64,000 nucleotides of DNA, from assembly GCA_045635785.1 (NCBI GenBank), contig JAZTWJ010000107.1:3497-67496 (forward strand). Reading direction: 5' to 3'. A program made the position numbers and the translations under genes. The stretch comes from Candidatus Flemingiibacterium sp. Lineage in GTDB: Bacteria > Bacillota > Clostridia > Oscillospirales > CAG-272. The notes below the pieces were generated by a model. It saw only the letters and a program-made list of their open reading frames with translations, was not told where the DNA came from and made no database searches. Positions 27,941-36,005 of this stretch are shown piece by piece. Each line of letters opens with the position of its first letter. The first letter of the stretch is position 1.

Positions 27941-28969
27941 TTACTTATTTAATGATTCCGCAATTTCGTAGATCAGCGCTTCTGTCTTTTCCCATCCGAG
28001 GCAGGGGTCTGTGATAGACTGACCGTATACTGTACCGTCGGTTTTCTGCGCGCCGTCTACCAGATAGCTTTCGATCATGATGCCCTTGACCATCTTCTTG
28101 ATCTCCGCATTCTGACGGCAGCTGTAAAGGATGTCTCTTGTGATTCGCACCTGCTCAAGGTAATGCTTACCCGAATTTGCGTGGTTGACATCCACGATAA
28201 CGGCGGGATTGGACAAATTGGTGCCGTTATATGCGTCAAGCAAATTGATCAGATTCTCATAATGGTAGTTGGACACCGCACGACCGCCGAAATCCTGATA
28301 GCCGCGGAGAATGGCATGGGCATAGGGATTGCCTTCGCTATCCACTTCCCAACCGCGGTAAATGAAGGTGTGCTTATGCTGTGCCGCCGTGATGGCGTTC
28401 ATCATGATCGAAAGATCGCCGCTGGTGGGATTCTTCATGCCTACGGGAATATCCAAACCGGAGGCGGTCAGTCTGTGCTGCTGATTTTCCACAGAACGCG
28501 CGCCGACAGACACATAGGAAAGCAGATCGGAAAGGTAGCGGTAATTATCGGGGTACAGCATCTCATCCGCACAGCTGAAGTCATAATCACGCAGTGCAGA
28601 CATATGCAGATCACGAATGGCGATGATGCCCTGCAGCATATCGGGCTTTTCGGTGGGATTGGGCTGATGAAGCATGCCCTTGTATCCGTCACCCGTGGTT
28701 CTGGGCTTGTTGGTATAGATGCGCGGAATGATCAGAATGCTGTCCGATACCTTGTCCTGCACCGTACGAAGCTTGCCGATATATTCCAAAACCGATTCCT
28801 TATGGTCGGCGGAGCAGGGACCGATGATCAGAAGCAGCTTGTCCGATTCACCGCGAAATACGCGCTTGATCTCTTCGTCTCTTTCTTCCTTGACCTTTGC
28901 CATTTTTTCGGTAACAGGATATTGTGCCTTGATATCCTGGGGAATGGGAAGCTTGTGATGGAAATTCAT
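27941..28969 (-). CDS. aroF: 3-deoxy-7-phosphoheptulonate (DAHP) synthase, class I
   Basis: LLLIIGPCS ... KPRTT motifs. Start moved to ATG 28969; the track's 49-aa N-terminal extension looks non-coding. Confidence 0.88.
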   Translation of the reverse strand: MNFHHKLPIPQDIKAQYPVTEKMAKVKEERDEEIKRVFRGESDKLLLIIGPCSADHKESVLEYIGKLRTVQDKVSDSILIIPRIYTNKPRTTGDGYKGMLHQPNPTEKPDMLQGIIAIRDLHMSALRDYDFSCADEMLYPDNYRYLSDLLSYVSVGARSVENQQHRLTASGLDIPVGMKNPTSGDLSIMMNAITAAQHKHTFIYRGWEVDSEGNPYAHAILRGYQDFGGRAVSNYHYENLINLLDAYNGTNLSNPAVIVDVNHANSGKHYLEQVRITRDILYSCRQNAEIKKMVKGIMIESYLVDGAQKTDGTVYGQSITDPCLGWEKTEALIYEIAESLNK

Positions 28970-29038
28970 GTTCACGACTAAATACCTCGTCTTTAATAAA
29001 ATATCTGTTAGATAACAAAAAACCGCTGCTAAATAACA

Positions 29039-29087
29039 AAAATCCGCATGGAATTTGATGTTCATCAAATTTTTGTGCGGATTTTTC
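29039..29087. terminator. long palindromic terminator/attenuator hairpin between the SGNH gene and the aro operon
   Basis: AAAAATCCGCA...AATTTGATG..CATCAAATT...TGCGGATTTTT, with T-runs on both strands. Confidence 0.6.
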
Positions 29088-29204
29088 TTTATTCCCTTAT
29101 AACTGCTGTTCACCACCGAGCCGACGGCGAAAAAACCATCGAATTCAGCGGACTTCGGCTAAAGCAGAAAAACCGCACGGATATTAACAGTTTATTCATA
29201 TTTG

Positions 29205-29849
29205 TTACATTGCCAACAGCGCCGCTTCTATGACCTCTGCTAACTTCACATGTCCCGCATCATTGGGATGCAAGCCGTCGGGACAGAATTTCGCTTTGAT
29301 GATGTCAACCCTTGGCTGTATACCCGAAAGGCTCCACAGATCAATGATCGGAAGCGAATAATGCGCCGCCACCTCTTTGATCTTTTCCACATATTCTCTG
29401 AGTACCCTTCCGTTGCGGTTGGGTACGTCTTCGGAAATTCTGTGCATGGGTGTCATCACCACGATTTTTGCATCGGGGAACCGTTCCAGCGCATTTCTAA
29501 ACAGATAGTGGCACGCGCCGATAAAGGTGTCCGGCGTGCGGTCACCATCCTCTCCAAAGGGAGCATCGCCGTGACCGAAGTCGTTCGTACCGCCGAAGAT
29601 CACCACCAGCTCAGCGCCTTCTTTCAGGGCGATAATACGCATGCAATAATCCTTGTCGTGATCCGGCTTTCCCTCGGTGGGAACGATCTGTCTGGCGAAT
29701 CTGGTTCCGCTGATGCCGTCAATTTCTGCATCCATGTGATATTTTTTCGCGAGAATGCGTGCAAAGGTCTTACTTTGTTTATCCGACGTTCCCGCGCCTT
29801 CGGTGATGCTGTCGCCCAAAAACGCGGCTTTGATATTTTCAAGTTTCAT
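29205..29849 (-). CDS. SGNH/GDSL hydrolase family protein
   Basis: GDSITEG, GTND and DGLHPN blocks; start at ATG 29849. Confidence 0.85.
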   Translation of the reverse strand: MKLENIKAAFLGDSITEGAGTSDKQSKTFARILAKKYHMDAEIDGISGTRFARQIVPTEGKPDHDKDYCMRIIALKEGAELVVIFGGTNDFGHGDAPFGEDGDRTPDTFIGACHYLFRNALERFPDAKIVVMTPMHRISEDVPNRNGRVLREYVEKIKEVAAHYSLPIIDLWSLSGIQPRVDIIKAKFCPDGLHPNDAGHVKLAEVIEAALLAM

Positions 29850-29871
29850 ATTAACCCCCAAAATAAAGTTC

Positions 29872-29899
29872 GCCGAGCCTCATGCTTCGGAGGCTCGGC
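29872..29899 (-). terminator. terminator after the response regulator gene
   Basis: GCCGAGCCTC-N8-GAGGCTCGGC; the minus strand continues gaactttatttt. Confidence 0.7.
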
Positions 29900-29950
29900 T
29901 GTCATGTTTTTAATCGCTTCCGATCGGTCTATAGTGTCCTAACCTACGGA

Positions 29951-30640
29951 CTACTGCAAAAGCTCAAACTTATATCCTACGCCCCAAACGGTTTTGAGTA
30001 CCCATTTGTCGCTGACGCCCTCGAGCTTTTCGCGCAGACGCTTAACATGCACATCCACGGTGCGCGAGTCGCCCAGATAATCGAAGCCCCAAACCTTGTC
30101 CAGCAACTGATCACGGGTAAATACGCGGTTATAGTTGGATGCGAGGAAATAAAGCAGCTCCAGCTCTTTCGGGGGAATATCCACGGATTTGCCCTTCAGC
30201 TTGAGCTCATACTTTTGACGGGAAATCTCGATATTGTCAAATTTAATGGTCTCGTCATCATTCTGTGTATCATGGGCGGAATAACGGCGAAGCACCGCCT
30301 TCACTCTGGCAGAAAGCTCCTTTGTTTCAAAGGGCTTTACCATAAAGTCATCCGCGCCGAGCTCGAGTCCCAGCACCTTGTCAAAAACCTCACCCTTTGC
30401 GGTCAGCATGATGATGGGCTTAGAAGATACCTCGCGAATCTCGCGGCATACCTGCCAACCGTCCTTTTTCGGCAGCATGATGTCGAGCAGAACCAGATCC
30501 GGCTCGCACATTTTGAAAAAGCTTACGCCCTCTGCACCATCGTTGGCGGTCTTGACCTCATAGCCCTCGTTTTCGAAGTACAGGCGAAGCAGGTCGCAGA
30601 TGTTAAGATCGTCGTCCACAACTAAAATTTTTGTTGCCAT
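29951..30640 (-). CDS. OmpR/PhoB-family response regulator (no adjacent kinase)
   Basis: Receiver domain (ILVVDDD...DLVLLD...TAKG) plus a winged-helix C-terminus (TVWGVGYKF). ATG 30640 has AAGGAGG 8 nt upstream. Confidence 0.9.
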   Translation of the reverse strand: MATKILVVDDDLNICDLLRLYFENEGYEVKTANDGAEGVSFFKMCEPDLVLLDIMLPKKDGWQVCREIREVSSKPIIMLTAKGEVFDKVLGLELGADDFMVKPFETKELSARVKAVLRRYSAHDTQNDDETIKFDNIEISRQKYELKLKGKSVDIPPKELELLYFLASNYNRVFTRDQLLDKVWGFDYLGDSRTVDVHVKRLREKLEGVSDKWVLKTVWGVGYKFELLQ

Positions 30641-30784
30641 TGATATATCCTCCTTATACTTTTGATCGTTTTTCATTATTAAATATTCCTGTCCGAAAGA
30701 CAGATTTTCCGCGCCAACCATACAATACCATAGGTTTGTGACGGCTATATGATGGCAATCTGTTCGCAAACCGAACAATTTTCC

Positions 30785-30818
30785 GTTAACAATTTGACGA
30801 ACATCACAAATTGTTAAC
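30785..30818. promoter_or_regulatory. 12-bp perfect inverted repeat, candidate operator
   Basis: GTTAACAATTTG-N10-CAAATTGTTAAC in the RR / secreted-protein intergenic region. Confidence 0.4.
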
Positions 30819-30957
30819 ATTGTCAAAGGTTTGTCACTATTCATAATTATAAACCATCGCAAACCGAAAGTGGTGAATTTTTTTTGAATAATCTTACACT
30901 ATTTATTGAATTTCGCGCATAAAATCCTGAAGATAGTGCGAAAAGATGCGATTTCTC

Positions 30958-30986
30958 TTGACAAGCGGCACAATTTGTGCTATACT
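30958..30986 (+). promoter_or_regulatory. sigma-A type promoter
   Basis: TTGACA-17 nt-(TGc)TATACT. Confidence 0.68.
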
Positions 30987-31053
30987 CTATCGTGGATTTT
31001 TGTGCAATCCCAATTTTTTACAAACGATTGCTTATAATGAAAGGAACCCTCTC

Positions 31054-32172
31054 ATGAAAGCTTTACGGTTATTGAGCACGGCGTTTATCTGTGTGCTGTT
31101 GCTTACCTGTGCGCTGTCGGCAAGTGAAGTCTCTGTGATATTAGACGAAAAACCGCTTGCTTTTACATCGCCGGCGATGCTGTATGATAATCGCACCCAT
31201 GTGCAGGCGCAGACACTCTTTTCTGCCGCAAATTGCCTCGTCCTCGCAGACGGGGATTCCATCAGTGCATGGAAGGGCGAGAACGCATTTATATTTAATG
31301 AAAACGGGCTGTTTCAAAACGGAAAGCTTGTAAGCGGTACCGAGCCGACAAACGGCTTGCTTCCGCTTCGTGCGGCAGCAGAAGCAATGGGTATGCGCGT
31401 GAATTGGTGTGCAAAAACTCTCACCGCCACGCTCACGACACCTCGCGGACAGCGGACGTACGAGACCATCATAAACGGCTCTGCTGTCTATCCGTATTTC
31501 GAGGGTGAAACAGCGGTGAACGCACAAATCGAAGCCTTCGTCGCAGATTATTGCCAGCGAAGTGACTTGCGCCTCACATTTGAGATCACTTGCAATCGCA
31601 AAAATTATCTTTCGATGCTGTTTTATGAGCACAGAGCAAGCGGTATTCGCCGCCATGCCATGAGCTTTGACATGGCATCCGACGGAAAGCTGCTTGCAAT
31701 CAGCGATGTACTGTGTGCGGACATGCTGGAAACGATGCCGCTTTCCGAGGACAGCGCATGGCATCTGACATGCGATGGCGTGAAGATTTTTGACGACAAG
31801 CGCGGCATCAGCGCGGAGCTGCCGTATCAAAGCGGCGTGCTTCTCATTGATCTGTCGGGCGCAGGGCTGAAAACACTGACAGCATCTTTGGAAGGCAACA
31901 GCACTACGGGCTATCTTTGGCAGTCTGAACTGCCGGAAGAACTTGTTTCGGCAGTGTATGAATATGAGCTCACCAAACCGTCAGACGGCGGGATCATGAG
32001 TGTAGGCGGTATCTCCCGTTTCCATATCACGGGATTGTCCGAGGGCTATGGCGAGCTGATTTTCCGTTATCTGCGTCCGTGGCAGGCGGATTCGGTGCAA
32101 AAAACCATCACCTACTGTATTTATGTGGAAGCGGATCACACCATCACGCTTCTTGATATTCGAGAAAGCTGA
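31054..32172 (+). CDS. secreted multidomain protein: Cu-amine-oxidase-N-like stalk + DUF3298/RsiV-like + chagasin-type (I42) peptidase-inhibitor domain
   Basis: Signal peptide. LPLRAAAEAMGMRVNW stalk motif. C-terminal NSTTGYLW / VGG / RPW motifs of the I42 family. The track start at 30946 would include the promoter. Confidence 0.7.
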   Translation: MKALRLLSTAFICVLLLTCALSASEVSVILDEKPLAFTSPAMLYDNRTHVQAQTLFSAANCLVLADGDSISAWKGENAFIFNENGLFQNGKLVSGTEPTNGLLPLRAAAEAMGMRVNWCAKTLTATLTTPRGQRTYETIINGSAVYPYFEGETAVNAQIEAFVADYCQRSDLRLTFEITCNRKNYLSMLFYEHRASGIRRHAMSFDMASDGKLLAISDVLCADMLETMPLSEDSAWHLTCDGVKIFDDKRGISAELPYQSGVLLIDLSGAGLKTLTASLEGNSTTGYLWQSELPEELVSAVYEYELTKPSDGGIMSVGGISRFHITGLSEGYGELIFRYLRPWQADSVQKTITYCIYVEADHTITLLDIRES

Positions 32173-32246
32173 CCGCTTTGGTCGATATAAACAGAATTAT
32201 ACGACATATATCGACGAAATTTTCACTTAAAACATGAAATTTACAC

Positions 32247-32275
32247 TTGAAATAAACCGCATTTTGCGTTACAAT
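32247..32275 (+). promoter_or_regulatory. sigma-A type promoter for pgi
   Basis: TTGAAA-17 nt-TACAAT. Confidence 0.6.
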
Positions 32276-32420
32276 ATTATTATGTAAATTTTTCTCGATT
32301 ATAAATCGGCGTATTCTGCCTATCATAAATTCGTCGGTTCTAAGAAAGCCGTCTTCGGCGGTTTTGATCGCAAAGCAAAGATTTTCAATCGGCATTTTTC
32401 GATATTTAAGGAGACATAAC

Positions 32421-33761
32421 ATGGCACTTCAGTTAAAAGATCAATATATTGCGGATTTCCTAACGTCCGAGGATCTGGTCGGCATTGAACCCGCCATCAA
32501 GACGGCAATGGCACAGCTTAGAAACAAAACCGGACTTGGCAGCGATTTCCTCGGTTGGGTTGATCTTCCCGTTTTATACGACAGGGATGAATTCGCACGC
32601 ATCAAGCTTGCGGCGGCAAAGATTCAAAAGAACTGCGATATTCTTGTGGTCATCGGCATCGGCGGCTCTTATCTGGGCGCACGTGCCGCCATCGAATTCG
32701 TCAAATCTCCCTTGTACAACGAGAAGAAAAAGGACACACCTTCCGTTTATTTTGCGGGCAACAATATCTGTTCCTCCGCATTGGCAGAGCTGCTGGAGAT
32801 CTGCGAGGGCAAGGATATCTGCGTCAATGTGATCTCAAAATCGGGTACCACCACAGAGCCTGCGATTGCTTTCCGCATTTTCCGCGATATGCTGGAAAAG
32901 AAGTACGGCGAGGAGGGCGCTCGCGAGCGCATTTTTGTCACCACCGACAAGGCACGCGGCACACTCAAATCCTTTGCCACCGACAAAGGCTATGAAACCT
33001 TTGTCGTGCCGGATGATGTGGGTGGACGTTATTCTGTTCTGACGGCTGTGGGACTTCTTCCCATTGCGGCGGCAGGCTGTAATATCGACGCCATGATGGC
33101 AGGTGCGGCGGCGGCGCGCGAGGCATATTCCTCCGATGTGCTTGCGGAGAATGATGCGGCAAAATATGCGGCACTCCGTAACATCCTATACCGCAAGGGG
33201 ATGACCACGGAGATCCTCGTTTCCTACGAATCGGCAATGCTGATGATGAATGAGTGGTGGAAACAGCTTTACGGCGAATCCGAGGGCAAGGCAAACATGG
33301 GTATCTTCCCCGCCTCGGTCATTTTCTCCACCGATCTTCACTCCCTCGGTCAGTATATCCAAGAGGGCAGACGCAATCTTTTCGAAACGGTCGTGGCAAT
33401 CGAAAAATCCAACGATACCGTTATTATCCCGAATGATCCCGCAAATATTGACGGGTTGAACTTCCTCACGGGCGAGGAGCTGCAAATGGTAAACAATGCG
33501 GCAATGAATGCAACGCTGCTTGCTCATATGGACGGCGGCGTGCCAAACATTCTGCTTCAGCTGCGCGACCGCTCGGAGTATTCCTTCGGTTGGCTCGTGT
33601 ACTTCTTTGAGCTTGCCTGTGCAATTTCCGGCTATACTCTCGGCGTGAATCCATTCAATCAGCCCGGTGTGGAAGCATACAAAAAGAATATGTACGCTCT
33701 GCTCGGCAAGCCGGGATATGAAGCGGAAAAGGCGGCTCTTGAGGCAAGAATGGCAAAATAA
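32421..33761 (+). CDS. pgi: glucose-6-phosphate isomerase
   Basis: 446 aa. [11 protein letters not shown] and SKSGTTTEP motifs. AAGGAGA 7 nt upstream of ATG 32421. Confidence 0.93.
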   Translation: MALQLKDQYIADFLTSEDLVGIEPAIKTAMAQLRNKTGLGSDFLGWVDLPVLYDRDEFARIKLAAAKIQKNCDILVVIGIGGSYLGARAAIEFVKSPLYNEKKKDTPSVYFAGNNICSSALAELLEICEGKDICVNVISKSGTTTEPAIAFRIFRDMLEKKYGEEGARERIFVTTDKARGTLKSFATDKGYETFVVPDDVGGRYSVLTAVGLLPIAAAGCNIDAMMAGAAAAREAYSSDVLAENDAAKYAALRNILYRKGMTTEILVSYESAMLMMNEWWKQLYGESEGKANMGIFPASVIFSTDLHSLGQYIQEGRRNLFETVVAIEKSNDTVIIPNDPANIDGLNFLTGEELQMVNNAAMNATLLAHMDGGVPNILLQLRDRSEYSFGWLVYFFELACAISGYTLGVNPFNQPGVEAYKKNMYALLGKPGYEAEKAALEARMAK

Positions 33762-33867
33762 TCCACTTCGGTGATTTAATTTTTGTTGCCTTCTCACAAG
33801 TATAACGTCAAGTTTTGTACAACTTGTAAAAACTTTGCGAAATCGTATATTTTGTTGATAAATCCTC

Positions 33868-33896
33868 TTGAAATTTTTGCTGATTTAGTGTAAAAT
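33868..33896 (+). promoter_or_regulatory. sigma-A type promoter
   Basis: TTGAAA-17 nt-TAAAAT. Confidence 0.6.
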
Positions 33897-33953
33897 ATAA
33901 ATACGGAGATAGACCTCGGTTGTATCGCCTGAAATTCAAGGAGGATTACTCAC

Positions 33954-34361
33954 ATGTTAAAGTTAATTATCGGCGTAAAGGGCACAGGCAAAACCAAGCA
34001 GTTGATCGACATGGTCAACGAAGCTTCTGAAAAGTCGCTCGGTTCGGTAGTCTGCATCGAAAAGGGTACCAAGTTGACCTATGACATCAAGCATACTGCC
34101 CGTTTGATCGATACGGAACAGTACGGTGTCTGTGATGCACAGTCTCTGTTCGGTTTTATCGCAGGTATCAGCGCCTCCAATCACGACGTTACTGATATAT
34201 ATATCGACTCCGCGCTTAAGATTTGCGGCAACGATCTGGCAAGCTTTGAAAAGCTTTTGGACGAAGTCAACGTTCTCGCTACAAAGCTTGAGCTTCACTG
34301 CACCATGACCTCTTCGATCGCAGCAGATGAGGCTACAGACACGATCAAGAAATATCTTTAA
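33954..34361 (+). CDS. small stand-alone P-loop NTPase (135 aa), family not recognised
   Basis: Walker A GVKGTGKT at residues 7-14; possible Walker B DIYIDS; AAGGAGG RBS. Confidence 0.6.
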   Translation: MLKLIIGVKGTGKTKQLIDMVNEASEKSLGSVVCIEKGTKLTYDIKHTARLIDTEQYGVCDAQSLFGFIAGISASNHDVTDIYIDSALKICGNDLASFEKLLDEVNVLATKLELHCTMTSSIAADEATDTIKKYL

Positions 34362-34379
34362 GGCTGACTGAAAAACAGA

Positions 34380-34411
34380 TTCTGCCGCAAATAGCTTTAT
34401 TTGCGGCAGAA
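34380..34411 (+). terminator. terminator-like hairpin
   Basis: TTCTGCCGCAAAT-agcttt-ATTTGCGGCAGAA forms a 13-bp stem; weak U-tract. Confidence 0.6.
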
Positions 34412-34470
34412 TTCATGTGTTATGACATCTTGTCCGTGCGCGGAATTCTTATTATAATTTGGAGTTAGAA

Positions 34471-35157
34471 ATGAAGAAAACGATTAGAATTGCGGCATTT
34501 GCCGCTGCGCTTCTGTCTCTTGCCGTCATGTCGGCAGGCTGTCGGAACGAAAAGCAGATTTCCGAGGATCTTTCAGCCGTTGTTTCGGCGAGCGAGCAGC
34601 TTATTGCGCTGGAAGCAGGCGAAATCATGCTTCACGAATCTGTCAAGCTTGACAATGATGTAGAGGGACATGCGGTGAACAGCATCACCGAATTATATGT
34701 GAAATATGTGCAAAAGGACAATGTTCTCGATTACGATCTCGGCGTAACGGTGACTCGCGTGGTCGGCGGTGACATCACCAGCTACGACGCGCGCCATGAA
34801 AACGGAAAATTCGAGCAGTATCTCAACGGCGAGGAAGTATCCGTTGACCAGATCCCCGAGCCGGATCTGTTTGATCGCTTCCGCATTGATATAACCGCCG
34901 CAGATATTGAAAATATCGAAGTTTTCACAAAAGAGGGCTTGACCTGTTATGCTATGTCGATGATGGATACTTATGCCGACAGCTTTGATTATGAGAAGGA
35001 CGGCGTGAAATACGATTGCACGCAGGTTGTTTATAATTATAACATAGATGCTGAGGGTGTACTTCGTCAGGTTTTGGCAGAAAAGACCGCAACCTTGACA
35101 GATGCTTCAGGCGCATCGCAATCCGTGGTGGAATTTTCACAGGCAATTTCCGAATAG
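34471..35157 (+). CDS. hypothetical lipoprotein
   Basis: Signal peptide with lipobox MSAGC. GGAG 6 nt upstream of ATG 34471. Confidence 0.7.
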   Translation: MKKTIRIAAFAAALLSLAVMSAGCRNEKQISEDLSAVVSASEQLIALEAGEIMLHESVKLDNDVEGHAVNSITELYVKYVQKDNVLDYDLGVTVTRVVGGDITSYDARHENGKFEQYLNGEEVSVDQIPEPDLFDRFRIDITAADIENIEVFTKEGLTCYAMSMMDTYADSFDYEKDGVKYDCTQVVYNYNIDAEGVLRQVLAEKTATLTDASGASQSVVEFSQAISE

Positions 35158-35163
35158 TTTTAA

Positions 35164-35189
35164 GGGGACGCATCCGCGCCCCCTTTTTT
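35164..35189 (+). terminator. intrinsic terminator
   Basis: GGGGaCGC-atcc-GCGCCCC followed by TTTTTT. Confidence 0.8.
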
Positions 35190-35321
35190 GATGCATCAGG
35201 CAATGCCCTTTCGCGTTGCGAGGCGCACGGTGGGCACGCTCCATTTTTGTCAAAATATAGTCGCACATCACAATTTGTACAAGTTTTTCCGATCCATTTT
35301 GTTAATTTCTTTGAAAATCTA

Positions 35322-35350
35322 TTGACTTTGCTTGGATTTTATGATATACT
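35322..35350 (+). promoter_or_regulatory. sigma-A type promoter
   Basis: TTGACT-17 nt-(TGa)TATACT. Confidence 0.68.
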
Positions 35351-35400
35351 CTTATATGTAAACATAAGGCGCAATTTCTTTGGAAAGGTCGAGTTAGCGT

Positions 35401-35724
35401 ATGAAAACACAAGTACCGCATAATGTTCTAACCATTTCAGAAATGACCAAAAGACCCAATCGTATGAATGCGGAGGTCATTGACATCGAAAATGTTATCC
35501 TTACCGAGGAGTTAATAAAAAAACTGCGCGCAAGCCGCAGTATGTTTAATAAAAGTACATATGTGCAGATCCTCTGCGGCGGCGTTCGCTACAATGTAGA
35601 AGGGCTTGATCGACTGAAAAACGATCGCTATCGTTTGACACTCATCTCACCGGAATTTCACGCAACGCTTCACGGATACAAAGACGGTGCCGTACATCTG
35701 ACAAAAATTTCTGCCATTTCTTAA
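35401..35724 (+). CDS. hypothetical protein (107 aa)
   Basis: ORF with GGAAAGG 12 nt upstream of ATG, plus its own promoter and terminator. Confidence 0.5.
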   Translation: MKTQVPHNVLTISEMTKRPNRMNAEVIDIENVILTEELIKKLRASRSMFNKSTYVQILCGGVRYNVEGLDRLKNDRYRLTLISPEFHATLHGYKDGAVHLTKISAIS

Positions 35725-35786
35725 GCAAATATCCCATCTTTGTATACAGCAACGAAAATCCGTTAAAATGAAATATCATCTTAAAC

Positions 35787-35818
35787 GCGCGCTTTCTTTC
35801 CGGGAAGCGCGCTTTTTT
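35787..35818 (+). terminator. intrinsic terminator
   Basis: GCGCGCTT-N10-AAGCGCGC followed by TTTTTT. Confidence 0.8.
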
Positions 35819-35853
35819 ACGGTTTTTACAAATTATACACATTACAAAACAAT

Positions 35854-35877
35854 TTGTTAACAATTCTGTGATATACT
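35854..35877 (+). promoter_or_regulatory. extended -10 promoter overlapped by a 10-bp perfect palindrome (candidate operator)
   Basis: TTGTTAACAA (35854-35863), then ttctgTGaTATACT (-10 at 35872-35877); no good -35. Confidence 0.45.
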
Positions 35878-36005
35878 GTATTCAAATCAATGTATCATCA
35901 CAGACGGATGCAAAGAAAAGATGCAGCTTTGCGCGAAGCGACCTGATCCCCATCAACATGCAGAGAGGCATGATCCATACTTTTTATTAAACGGAGGACG
36001 TGTAC

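Noticed and set aside
29090-29204. T-box riboswitch upstream of the aromatic amino-acid operon (GGTGGTGAAC resembles the T-box UGGU core).
   Set aside because: The leader available upstream of the terminator is only about 100 nt. I cannot find a Stem I with a specifier loop, the AG/GNUGGA boxes, or the conserved GGGUGGUACCGCG sequence. It is kept only as an unclassified attenuator candidate.
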